From positions 1 to 64,000 of the IMG/VR virus record IMGVR_UViG_3300031552_000001: DNA of 64,000 nt. The stretch is one strand, 5' to 3'. Both the position numbers and the translations under genes were made by a program. The first letter of the stretch is position 1. Each line of letters opens with the position of its first letter. The notes under the pieces are model-generated. The model had not been told where the DNA came from. It worked only from the letters and a program-made list of their open reading frames with translations, and did not search any database. This DNA comes from a virus. Positions 34,416-43,546 of this stretch are shown here, in pieces.

Positions 34416-35339
34416 ATGGGCGGCGGTCGATTTGATCCTACAGACTGGAATGATTATTCAACCAGCAGAGGCTACGATAAGCCTACTACAAAAGCAGCTG
34501 ACATCTACAAAAGGGGGGATATATTTAAGGACTTTGACCCCAAAAATCTGAAAGACGGAATTAGGGAGTCAAGAGATTCAGAAGACAACCCTAACTCTAC
34601 TCCTATCATTGTGGGGTTGGATGTCACCGGCTCTATGTTTACGGTACTAGAGACCATGGCAAAAAGGGGGTTAAAGACCTTATTTGAGGAAATCTACAGC
34701 AGAAAACCCGTAGAAGACCCTCACGTCCTTTGCGCTGCTATAGGCGACGCGTACTGCGATGGTGCTCCTTTGCAAGTTACTCAGTTCGAGGCAGATTTGA
34801 GAATCGCTGAGCAGCTAGAAAAGCTGTACCTGGAAGGTGGAGGCGGAGGGAATGACTCCGAAGGGTACTCTTTGTTGCACTACTTTGCAGCAAAACACAC
34901 GTCTTGTGACTCTTTCGAGAAGAGGAAGAAAAAGGGGTACCTATTCACTATCGGCGACGACGGCCCCACCCCAAAAGTGATGCCAGAGCACGCAAAAGCA
35001 GTATTCGGGGATGACATTGAGGAGGCGCTTTCTTGCCAGCAGATCCTTACCCTGGCTTCTCGTCAATGGGAGATATTCCATCTGATAGTCCAGGAAGGGG
35101 GCACCGCAGATAGGGCCATGGACGGCAGATGGAAAAAACTACTTGGAGAGCGGGCTTTGGTTTTGAGAGATCATCAAAAGATGGCTGAGGTCATAGTGTC
35201 CACGCTACAAGTAGTCGAGGGCGCCAACCAAGACGCAGTCGTAGACTCGTGGAGCGGAAGCACTGCGATGGTAGTAAAAGACGCAATTCAGAACCTTTCC
35301 AAAAGAGATCAATCCTCTTCTGAAATAGTCACTCTCTGA
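34416..35339 (+). CDS. vWA-domain protein
   Basis: MIDAS-like LDVTGSM, EGGGGGNDSEGY, FTIGDD. Confidence 0.85.
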   Translation: MGGGRFDPTDWNDYSTSRGYDKPTTKAADIYKRGDIFKDFDPKNLKDGIRESRDSEDNPNSTPIIVGLDVTGSMFTVLETMAKRGLKTLFEEIYSRKPVEDPHVLCAAIGDAYCDGAPLQVTQFEADLRIAEQLEKLYLEGGGGGNDSEGYSLLHYFAAKHTSCDSFEKRKKKGYLFTIGDDGPTPKVMPEHAKAVFGDDIEEALSCQQILTLASRQWEIFHLIVQEGGTADRAMDGRWKKLLGERALVLRDHQKMAEVIVSTLQVVEGANQDAVVDSWSGSTAMVVKDAIQNLSKRDQSSSEIVTL

Positions 35340-35373
35340 CTATCTCCCAGATATGAATAATGCAGTAGGGTAA

Positions 35374-35417
35374 CGACATGCGGGAAGTAAGCTGCTTTTC
35401 GCATGTCGCTTCTTTTT
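35374..35417 (+). terminator. intrinsic terminator
   Basis: CGACATGCG...CGCATGTCG followed by CTTCTTTTT. Confidence 0.65.
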
Positions 35418-35449
35418 CGTTGAAACCTATTTCCAAAAGGATGTAGTCA

Positions 35450-36634
35450 ATGAAGCTGACAGCAGTAATAGGGGCAAACTACGGAGATGAAGGAAAAGGC
35501 CGCGTAGTTGACTACTTCTCAAACAAAGGCTCTTTGGTCGTACGGTTTAACGGTGGAGCCCAAGCAGGGCATACTGTAGTCACCAAAGTAGGCCGTAGAC
35601 ATGTTTTTAGGCATTTCGGCTCTGGCACATTCAAAAATGCGCCCACCTATCTTTCTAGGCACTTCATAGTTAACCCCGTACTTTTTCGTCCGGAGTATCA
35701 GCAATTATATGCGTTAGCGTTAGATACAAATGTCGTTGCGCACCCCGAATGTATCGTTACCACGCCCTGGGATATGTTTCTCAATCAGTCCTGTGAGAAG
35801 AGCAAATGCGTCTCTCACAGAGGAAGCTGCGGGTGTGGAATAAACGAGACAGTAGTGAGGAATCAGTCGAAGTTTAAACTCACCCTTAGAGACCTAAGCA
35901 GCCCAAACCTGCCAAGTACGTTATTTTCAATAAAAGACGAGTGGGTTCCGCACAGGGTGTCGGAACTGGGGCTTAGTTACGGAGAACTCTCTTCTTTGAT
36001 AAGAGAACCTGAGTGGGCTTATCGATTCTTGGATGACTGTAGGTTTTTCTTGAAAAAGTGCAGGGTTCTCCCCTTACATGAAGGGGATACCTCTCCTAAC
36101 TTTTCCAGCTTTCCTGATGCAAAACACGTCATCTTTGAAGGTGCTCAGGGTCTACGGTTAGACGAGTTAGGTCGCGATTTTCCTTTTGTTACTAGATCTC
36201 GGACGGGCCTCCCTAACGTATTGGACATTATTAGAAAAGAAGGGTTTAACGACACTCTGGATGTCGTATACGTTACGCGCCCCTATCTCACTCGTCACGG
36301 TGCCGGTCCGCTGAATAACGAACTTACGGCTCCGCCTTACGCAGGAATTACTGAAAGGACTAATGTTTTCAACGCTAATCAAGGCCCCTTTCGATATGCT
36401 TGGTTAGATATAGACGCGCTAGCAAGAACTACTAAAGAAGACCTAAGCCTAGCGACTGACGTAAAAACAAACCCGAAATTTGCTATAACATGTTTGGACC
36501 AAATGCCCCGTACTTTTTCTGTCATAGCGGAGGGTAAATTGGTGATGGTCACTGCCAAAAAATTGGCATCTATGCTTTCGGACCGTACTGGCATAGAAGT
36601 GTGTATGATGACGCCCCCTCCTTCTCCTATCTAA
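35450..36634 (+). CDS. purA: adenylosuccinate synthetase-like protein (PurA-type active site)
   Basis: GANYGDEGKG, RFNGGAQAGHTV, IFEGAQG, TRHGAGP. Confidence 0.88.
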   Translation: MKLTAVIGANYGDEGKGRVVDYFSNKGSLVVRFNGGAQAGHTVVTKVGRRHVFRHFGSGTFKNAPTYLSRHFIVNPVLFRPEYQQLYALALDTNVVAHPECIVTTPWDMFLNQSCEKSKCVSHRGSCGCGINETVVRNQSKFKLTLRDLSSPNLPSTLFSIKDEWVPHRVSELGLSYGELSSLIREPEWAYRFLDDCRFFLKKCRVLPLHEGDTSPNFSSFPDAKHVIFEGAQGLRLDELGRDFPFVTRSRTGLPNVLDIIRKEGFNDTLDVVYVTRPYLTRHGAGPLNNELTAPPYAGITERTNVFNANQGPFRYAWLDIDALARTTKEDLSLATDVKTNPKFAITCLDQMPRTFSVIAEGKLVMVTAKKLASMLSDRTGIEVCMMTPPPSPI

Positions 36635-36751
36635 AAATAACCCGACACTCGGCCTTCAGCGCAGGCATTTTCATCTAGAACAGTCGGGTTCAATTAGTCT
36701 ATTTTGGCGCTGTGCCGCAGATTGGTAGTCATTCTAAAAAAGAGGTTTATC

Positions 36752-38743
36752 ATGAAACAGGTTACTTGGGTTTTTCTGTGTTTGAGCATCGTGTCGTGTT
36801 CGAGCGGCACGCTGTTCGTTCCTTTAGAGTCAAATCCGTGTGACTCGTGTGAAGAAGGAGAGGTTTGCAGCCAAGGCGAATGCATTTCTCCAATTGATTG
36901 TGAAGAGTTAGGGGGTGTTGTGGTCAAGGGGGGCGGCGCATGCCAGCTATGCGGCGACTTTGAGGTGGTGGGTACAGAAGAGTGCGATGATGGGGAAGAA
37001 ACCGAATTTTGCAACTCAGACTGCACTTTTACTGAGTGCGGGGACGCCATAGTGAACTTTGCCTCAGGAGAAGAGTGCGATGATGGAGAAAATAATGGCA
37101 GGTATCAAGGATGCACAAAAGAGTGCACAATTTCTCCTTACTGTGGAGGAGACAGTGCCGCGGTAGCTTGTGACGATCACGACGCATGTACAGTTGATGC
37201 TTGCAGTTACGACGGATGCACAAACACCTTCTCGTCTGACTTATGTCACCACCTTGCGTTCGACGTGGCGCCTATGAAGACAGTGTTCGTAGGTATGACC
37301 TGGCCGACGTTTTCTGTGCGAGTGGAGAATTCTCTGGGCTACCCGGTAAACATTTCCTCTCCTGTTACCTTAGTCTTATCAGGGGCGCTCAACAGAACCA
37401 TCGAAGCTACCCTCGTAGAAGGAGGTGCTTACTTCTCGACTCTTGCAGCATTCAAGATTGGAGCTGTAAGCATAGAAGCTAGCGTGCCTCTTATAGGCTC
37501 CACGTCAAGAACTGTTGCAGTTATTGACCCCTCTCCAGAGTGCAAGCTGGACGATGATTGCGATTTGGGTTTTGTGTGTAATGAGAATTGGGGAATTTGC
37601 GCGCTTCCTAACTGCAAATCTCAACCGGACTTCACTCCCTGTGAAGTAATAACAGACCCCGACCGCTCCTACGATATTTGCTTGGGGGGTAAATGCGAAT
37701 CTCCTGGCTGTGGAGAAGGTAACTGTAATTCTCCGGGGCCCAATTTCAAGATACCGGATACAGGAGCGGTGCTTTGTTATGGAGAGGATTCAGAAATTCC
37801 CTGCCCTAGTGAAGAAGAGGCCTATTATCTACAAGATGCTCAACAGGGGTGGGATTTTACCCATTCTGCGCCAGAAAGGTTCTCGATAGATGTGTCGTCT
37901 GGAAATAAAGTGATAACAGATACTATCACTAATTTGATGTGGGAAGGCTGCACTCAAGGTTATGACAACTGCTCTGACCTAGGTGGGGTTTGCGGTCCTA
38001 TGTGCGACTGGAGTGAATCTATAGCTTATTGTGATTCTTTAATGTGGGGAGGGTACACAGATTGGAGGTTGCCTAATTCCCAGGAACTTCTGTCTATTAT
38101 CGACTACCGCCATCTCACTCCGGCGCTAGACAAAGAAGTGTTCGACGACTTAGGTGTATACCCTGGCGCGATGTATTGGACATCTGACAGCTCTCTATAC
38201 GAAAAATCTATGGGGCTCACAGTAGATTTTCGAGATGGGGAGACGTCAGTTCAAGATAAAAGCCACGAAATTCCTACTCGTTGCGTAAGAGGGCGCCCTC
38301 ATCTCATAAACTACAATAGGTTTGAAAAAACAGAAGGAGCGTATCCCACGGTTTTAGATACTACTACGGGGCTGATGTGGCAGGGTTGTTTAGCTAGCTC
38401 TAATTCCGTCTGTAACCCTAATTACACCTCCAAATATCGATGGGATGGAGCTTTGTTCTATTGCGAAAATTTAGAATGGGGAGGCTATAGTGATTGGCGG
38501 CTCCCTAATGTAAAAGAAACACACAGTTTGATAAATCACAGAGAGCGTTCGAGAGTCGACTCCACTATGTTTCCTATGGTGTCCAATCAGTCCCTAATTT
38601 GGACATCTACGCCATCTCCAAAAATTAGTGGAGGATCGTCTACAAAAAAAGAGGCATGGAGGGCGCTTTTCGGCTCTTACGACAGTATAAGTTCTGGCAG
38701 CAAGGAAGAGATGCTTGAAGTCATGTGCGTAAGAGACCCATAA
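36752..38743 (+). CDS. Cys-rich putative lipoprotein with DUF4215-like repeats and two Lcl/DUF1566 domains
   Basis: Lipobox-like LSIVSC; CGD...EECDDG repeats; TNLMWE...YTDWRLPNSQEL and TGLMWQ...YSDWRLPNVKE. Confidence 0.8.
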   Translation: MKQVTWVFLCLSIVSCSSGTLFVPLESNPCDSCEEGEVCSQGECISPIDCEELGGVVVKGGGACQLCGDFEVVGTEECDDGEETEFCNSDCTFTECGDAIVNFASGEECDDGENNGRYQGCTKECTISPYCGGDSAAVACDDHDACTVDACSYDGCTNTFSSDLCHHLAFDVAPMKTVFVGMTWPTFSVRVENSLGYPVNISSPVTLVLSGALNRTIEATLVEGGAYFSTLAAFKIGAVSIEASVPLIGSTSRTVAVIDPSPECKLDDDCDLGFVCNENWGICALPNCKSQPDFTPCEVITDPDRSYDICLGGKCESPGCGEGNCNSPGPNFKIPDTGAVLCYGEDSEIPCPSEEEAYYLQDAQQGWDFTHSAPERFSIDVSSGNKVITDTITNLMWEGCTQGYDNCSDLGGVCGPMCDWSESIAYCDSLMWGGYTDWRLPNSQELLSIIDYRHLTPALDKEVFDDLGVYPGAMYWTSDSSLYEKSMGLTVDFRDGETSVQDKSHEIPTRCVRGRPHLINYNRFEKTEGAYPTVLDTTTGLMWQGCLASSNSVCNPNYTSKYRWDGALFYCENLEWGGYSDWRLPNVKETHSLINHRERSRVDSTMFPMVSNQSLIWTSTPSPKISGGSSTKKEAWRALFGSYDSISSGSKEEMLEVMCVRDP

Positions 38744-38765
38744 CGCAAATTGTGTTTTGGGTTGT

Positions 38766-38810
38766 TATCGAGGAGGGCATAGCCCGTAAGGCAGCCTCCT
38801 CGATATTTTC
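38766..38810 (+). terminator. intrinsic terminator
   Basis: TATCGAGGAGG...CCTCCTCGATA then TTTT. Confidence 0.6.
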
Positions 38811-38847
38811 TAGACTTATTGAGTTGTATCTCCTCTATGAGAGTTAG

Positions 38848-39096
38848 ATGAGAAAAACACCAAAAGACACCCCAGGCCTTAAAGCTTGCGGGTGTAAAAA
38901 TTCGAACGTGTTAACTTGTTATGTTTATGATGCTAGCTTTACTGGTGTCCGAGAGCATTACGTACAGTGTCAGTCTTGCGGAAGTGGAACAAGAGTGACT
39001 TCCACTAAAGCTGAAGCTCAGCGCTTATGGAATATTAGACAGCTACAATGGATAAACCCAAAGAAATGGCGTTTTAAAGAGGGTAAAGAATGCTAG
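38848..39096 (+). CDS. Lar-like (restriction alleviation) zinc-finger protein
   Basis: CGC...YVQCQSCGSGT...AEAQRLWN. Confidence 0.6.
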   Translation: MRKTPKDTPGLKACGCKNSNVLTCYVYDASFTGVREHYVQCQSCGSGTRVTSTKAEAQRLWNIRQLQWINPKKWRFKEGKEC

Positions 39097-39485
39097 AAGC
39101 GGCTGCTGTGTTTGATTTAAACTTCAACGAGTTTTATGGACATTATCCTGACGGAAGAACCGACTCTTGGATACCTGACTCTCGATCTTTGTGGGAATTT
39201 ATTTGGGAGCACCGAGTAGAAGTAGGGGGAGTCGCCCACACGCATCCGTGGGATGGGGAGGCTTATCCGTCACAAACAGACATAACCACGTTCGCTGCCA
39301 TAGAAACAGGGCTCGGTAAAAGACTTCTGTGGCCAATTATTACTATGACAGAAACTAGATGTTTCTCATTCAACAAACTAATGCGAGAGTACACAGATAC
39401 TTTGTTTCTCATTAACATTCCGCAGCATACAGAGGCATTACGTATTCTTGCGGAAAACCTGCGACAAAAGTCGCTAGGAGGATAA
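39090..39485 (+). CDS. JAB/MPN+ (Mov34) metallopeptidase
   Basis: JAMM motif AHTHP...YPSQTD. Confidence 0.85.
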   Translation: MLEAAAVFDLNFNEFYGHYPDGRTDSWIPDSRSLWEFIWEHRVEVGGVAHTHPWDGEAYPSQTDITTFAAIETGLGKRLLWPIITMTETRCFSFNKLMREYTDTLFLINIPQHTEALRILAENLRQKSLGG

Positions 39486-39486
39486 C

Positions 39487-39774
39487 ATGGGTGGAATGGA
39501 TTTGGTACCGATTGTAACCGAGTTGTCTTCAGCAAGGCTCACTGTTACCTATAAAGGAGAACAGGGGGACCTGCCGGACAGCGTAGAGTATGACACGCCC
39601 GACGATGTCATAAAACAAATAGCGAAAGAGTCCATTCGTGGCGGGTATGTGCCAGGGATTTCAGCAGACCCGGACGCGGAGTTTGATGACTTTGTAGTGG
39701 ATAGATTTTCTGCTAGAGAGGGCGCTCCTATACCTCGGATCAGCCTCAGGCCGAAAACTCCGTTCGGCAGTTAG
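39487..39774 (+). CDS. ubiquitin-like (beta-grasp) protein candidate
   Basis: 95 aa, directly after JAB, ends ...SLRPKTPFGS. Confidence 0.55.
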   Translation: MGGMDLVPIVTELSSARLTVTYKGEQGDLPDSVEYDTPDDVIKQIAKESIRGGYVPGISADPDAEFDDFVVDRFSAREGAPIPRISLRPKTPFGS

Positions 39775-39807
39775 TATCTTCTCAAAAGTAAAACACAAGG
39801 AGAATCT

Positions 39808-40125
39808 ATGGCCGGATTCTTATTGTTATTCAAACGGTTGTTTAGAAAGCCGCACCCTCTCTTAGACTATTACCATTGCGACAGAGCAAAAAAGCGTATG
39901 GATGACTACGAAAAGCTTAGAGCTAAAAGAGTGTTGCCCTCATCTTCCGTATCTACTGTAGCCCTGTCTCAGTACACGCAGCAGGCAGCGAATATCGTAG
40001 AAAGAGAAGGTAAGGAGTACGCTCCGAGTCTGGAAAACGAGGTGCGCTTGCTGTCACTGCTAGTTAGAGAGCTGTTGGGCGAGGTTATATACCTTCACGA
40101 CCACTTAAACCGCCATGTCAGATAA
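39808..40125 (+). CDS. hypothetical protein
   Basis: AAGGAG SD. Confidence 0.5.
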   Translation: MAGFLLLFKRLFRKPHPLLDYYHCDRAKKRMDDYEKLRAKRVLPSSSVSTVALSQYTQQAANIVEREGKEYAPSLENEVRLLSLLVRELLGEVIYLHDHLNRHVR

Positions 40126-40432
40126 AAAATGCTCCCACACTTGGGAGCTACAACTTAGATTCTCTAGTCCTCCCGGTAAAGGCTCCATACAACGCTTTCG
40201 ATGCGCCTTGTGTGGAGCTTGGGGGTACAATAATCCTCCATACCGAATGGTCATCGCTTCGTATAAAGGCCCTATCTTAAATCCTCCACAACACTGGGAT
40301 CGAGAGTCTTTCTCCGATCCTAGTCTGTCAATGCAGGATATCGAAGTTACAGAGTATACAACTGCTAGAGAACTTGAACGAGACAAACCTATAGGGTGGT
40401 CTCTCCCGGATAAATGGAGTGAGCCTAAATGA
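40115..40432 (+). CDS. small zinc-binding protein
   Basis: CSHTW...FRCALCGAWG. Confidence 0.5.
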   Translation: MSDKKCSHTWELQLRFSSPPGKGSIQRFRCALCGAWGYNNPPYRMVIASYKGPILNPPQHWDRESFSDPSLSMQDIEVTEYTTARELERDKPIGWSLPDKWSEPK

Positions 40433-40662
40433 AACATAGCCAGACTGCCTCCTACAACAACCTTTCCGGCAAAGTAATTCATGTCGGCGTAGGGATTCAT
40501 GCCGTTGTAAAGGAATTTTGCAGGGAACGTAACTTACACATGAGAAACTTTACAGAAGAGGCTCTAGATAGAGCTATGTTTGTGACAAAAGAAGAAGAAA
40601 GTTACGAAACTGAGCATAGAAAGAACAAAAATGAAGAAAAGACATCTGTCTCTGCCGATTGA
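40429..40662 (+). CDS. ribbon-helix-helix-like regulator
   Basis: KVIHVGVGIHAVVKEFCRERNLHMRNFTEEAL. Confidence 0.5.
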   Translation: MKHSQTASYNNLSGKVIHVGVGIHAVVKEFCRERNLHMRNFTEEALDRAMFVTKEEESYETEHRKNKNEEKTSVSAD

Positions 40663-41452
40663 GTGCGGAGAAAAAACTTGTGCTTCTCAAAAAGGAAAGT
40701 TCTGCGAGTTTTTGTATGTAGAGAGATTTGGTACAACCCCCTTCTGCAAATTGTTTTCTGAACAGTTAAGAATAAAGGGGCATGTTCCCTTGGAAGAGGT
40801 AGACGGGTGGTTGCAGCGTCATCCAAGGTGTCTCGAGCTCGAAAGCAAGTTAGAGGCCCTGCCTTTAGAAAACTTCTCGGATAAAAATATCCGACTTTTC
40901 GGAAACGAGTTGTCTCTTACAGGGGCCTTATTCTCGAGTAATGAGGAAGGGTACATCTGCTTATTTCCTACTCAAAAAGCGCCACCTAACATAGCAGTCA
41001 TGCCATTAGATATTGAGGAGTGGAAACACCTTCTCAAGCAATTAGACACTCAAGAGGTGGAAGTAATTCAAACCGCTTCAGATGGAACGGTTACCAAAGC
41101 AATTTTGAGAAAAAGTCAGAGACTTATCGAACAGAGGGTCTCCTGGAGTGTATTTCGACGAGACAGCTACCGTTGCAGGTATTGTGGCGCCACTGGGGTT
41201 CCGCTGACCGTAGACCATTTAGTTCTATGGGAAGAAGGGGGGCCCAGCACAGAAGATAACCTCCTTACTGCCTGCCGCCCCTGCAATAAGACTAGAGGTA
41301 ACTTGCCATATGAAGAATGGCTTAAACACCCTTACTACCTTGAGAAAGCACGCAACGGCCTCTCGAGAGGACAGCAATGCGCCTTAGCGGCTATTGTGCC
41401 TCGCCTAAAAGACATTGAGCGTAGAGTGTCCAAACGTTCAACAAGAAAATGA
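40631..41452 (+). CDS. HNH endonuclease-domain protein (McrA-like)
   Basis: VFRRDSYRCRYCG...LTVDHLV...GG...NLLTACRPCNKTRG. Confidence 0.88.
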   Translation: MKKRHLSLPIECGEKTCASQKGKFCEFLYVERFGTTPFCKLFSEQLRIKGHVPLEEVDGWLQRHPRCLELESKLEALPLENFSDKNIRLFGNELSLTGALFSSNEEGYICLFPTQKAPPNIAVMPLDIEEWKHLLKQLDTQEVEVIQTASDGTVTKAILRKSQRLIEQRVSWSVFRRDSYRCRYCGATGVPLTVDHLVLWEEGGPSTEDNLLTACRPCNKTRGNLPYEEWLKHPYYLEKARNGLSRGQQCALAAIVPRLKDIERRVSKRSTRK

Positions 41453-41464
41453 CAGGAGATTTTT

Positions 41465-42040
41465 ATGATAGTCATTGTTGGATTAGGCGCTTTGGGCTCT
41501 CACTTGGCTTTAGTTTTAAGGAACCACAAAGAGGGGCTACATCTAATTGATTTCGATAGAGTGGACTCTCATAACACTCAAGCTCAGTTCCACGGTGTAA
41601 GAGATATTCGACTCAAAAAATCGGAGTCTTTGAAGAAGAATCTATTTGGGCTATTTGGCTCAAAAGTACTGGCTACCCCCCATAGAGTAGAAGAAACCAA
41701 CGCAGAGACACTGCTTTCTTCCAACGAGGTCGTAGCAGATTGTACAGACAACTACGTTGCTCGGCAGCTCATACAAAAAGTATGTACCAAACTGCCCGTG
41801 CCATGCCTACACGGAGCTCTTTCAGGTGATGGGCTGTTTAGCCGAGTAGTGTGGGATGAGCACTTTACAGAAGCGGACAGGGAGGACGAAGAGGGCGGTG
41901 CTACTTGCGAGAATGGAGAAAGGCTACCATTCTTCTCTTTCGTCAGCTCTTTTATGGGAGGGGAAATACAGCACTTTCTGAAAACTGGCCAGAAGAGGAG
42001 TTTTCAGCTTACCTCTTCTTCAGTTCTTCGACTTGCTTAG
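41465..42040 (+). CDS. ThiF/MoeB/E1-like adenylyltransferase
   Basis: VGLGALGS, IDFDRV..HN, KK, DCTDN. Confidence 0.9.
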   Translation: MIVIVGLGALGSHLALVLRNHKEGLHLIDFDRVDSHNTQAQFHGVRDIRLKKSESLKKNLFGLFGSKVLATPHRVEETNAETLLSSNEVVADCTDNYVARQLIQKVCTKLPVPCLHGALSGDGLFSRVVWDEHFTEADREDEEGGATCENGERLPFFSFVSSFMGGEIQHFLKTGQKRSFQLTSSSVLRLA

Positions 42041-42044
42041 CTTA

Positions 42045-42073
42045 GAAGAGAGTGAGTATTTCTCACTCTCTTC
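42045..42073. terminator. bidirectional terminator between convergent blocks
   Basis: GAAGAGAGTGAG-TATTT-CTCACTCTCTTC. Confidence 0.75.
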
Positions 42074-42086
42074 AATTTTTTAGCCC

Positions 42087-42371
42087 TTAGACTTCCGGAT
42101 GTTCCAGCTCCTCTACAATGGGTTCATCGGCTTCTGTTTCTTCGCAGCGATAGGGTTTTTCGTCATCTTGCATAGCGTAAGCAAATCCTCGAGCCTTAAT
42201 GACGAATTTAGCTTCCGCCTTCGAATCTGATAAACAAACTTCGGCGTCAACAAAATCAATTTCCATACCTGCAGAGCGGAAGGTCTCTAGAATGGGAGAA
42301 ATAAACTCTGAAGGGGTTACTTTCTTTGAAGAGGTTTGAGGTAAATCAATAACGGCCTTTTTACGAGGCAT
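42087..42371 (-). CDS. hypothetical acidic protein
   Basis: AAGGA SD, 94 aa. Confidence 0.55.
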   Translation of the reverse strand: MPRKKAVIDLPQTSSKKVTPSEFISPILETFRSAGMEIDFVDAEVCLSDSKAEAKFVIKARGFAYAMQDDEKPYRCEETEADEPIVEELEHPEV

Positions 42372-42762
42372 GATCTGGTCCTTTGTAAAAGTTCGTGTTT
42401 GGCTTCACAATCGCTGCTTTTAATTTCACCAACGGTCTTGCCTGTCAAGATACGAAGGGGGCCCCAGCCAGGCGGCCAGAACCTAGCTGGGGCGCGCAGG
42501 GCTCAGGGAGACCAGACCCTTATACCCCGCGCCGTTTACGGTGAAGGTGGGCCTATCCTAGGAGCGTAAGCTCTCGAACTTTCCAATTTTTTTAGCTTGG
42601 CTCTAGGAGCAGATAAGTTTTGGAGTCTGCCGTCCGTGCCTGCAGGGTTAGACGTTAGAAGGTGAGCTCCCCCGTTTCCGGCAAGACCTGGTATACCGGG
42701 CACGCTAGCGGATTCCTTTAACAGAATACCGCTAGCTCTAGACGCCCTAAGCAGTTTCACGA

Positions 42763-43491
42763 TTACAGCCCTATAGCAGAGCCTTCAGACGCCCCCAAAG
42801 ACACTAACGGCAGCGCACTAACCGCCACGGCATATGCCCGTTCAAACTGAACGGCCGCGTTTTCTTGGATCACAGTACCTTGCGCGTCCGTAGCCATAGT
42901 GTGGTTCGGAATATAGCAAGATTCCATGTAACAGGAACCGACAGTATCCTCATTGCTGTCTCGCAGGTACAACATCATGCCTACAGGCTGCGAAAAGAGG
43001 TCGGACGCTAAGTTAAGATACAGGTTTTCATAACCCGGCGCTACCTTCACGTCATGAGGGTTAGCTACAGTCAACGCCCCTACATTATCTGCCCCTATAA
43101 CAGAGGGGATAATTGTAGGAGGGAACAGGTCTTGGTAGTACGCATACAGCACGCGCAGCAGAGAAGGGCCGTGGTACATGACCCTGCTCAAGCCCAACTG
43201 TCCCACGGTATGCCCTGAGACAAAAAAACTCCTCTGAGACCCGATTTCCCAGATTCGATTAAACTGTCTGTTGTGGCTCAAGCTAAAGTTTTGAACGATA
43301 CCGAGCGGATACACGATATCATCCACGGCTCCGCTTGTTGCCCCCGTTCCAGCCAACGTCCCTACACCAATATTAGCTAATCTAGGAGGGCCTGCGGCTA
43401 ACATAGTGAAGGAGGCGTTAAGAAATTGACCGTCCACCAGACCGCTCTGCACATACCGTTGATACGGTTGCCATTCACTGAAGCGAGCCAT
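42763..43491 (-). CDS. tail tube protein
   Basis: Downstream of the sheath; LGIVQNFS...NRIWEIGS...GQLGLSRV...CYMESCYI beta-rich pattern. Confidence 0.6.
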   Translation of the reverse strand: MARFSEWQPYQRYVQSGLVDGQFLNASFTMLAAGPPRLANIGVGTLAGTGATSGAVDDIVYPLGIVQNFSLSHNRQFNRIWEIGSQRSFFVSGHTVGQLGLSRVMYHGPSLLRVLYAYYQDLFPPTIIPSVIGADNVGALTVANPHDVKVAPGYENLYLNLASDLFSQPVGMMLYLRDSNEDTVGSCYMESCYIPNHTMATDAQGTVIQENAAVQFERAYAVAVSALPLVSLGASEGSAIGL

Positions 43492-43546
43492 ATGAGGTCT
43501 CCTTTACGATTAAGGTGTGTCGCAACGCTAACATAATGACCTTACA

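Noticed and set aside
35450-36634. PurZ / 2-aminoadenine (Z-genome) pathway
   Set aside because: The active-site loop is GDEGKG (PurA-type Asp), not the Ser-containing PurZ signature, and I see no DatZ/MazZ genes in the window.
36752-38743. Diversity-generating retroelement
   Set aside because: No reverse transcriptase and no template/variable repeat pair visible in this window.
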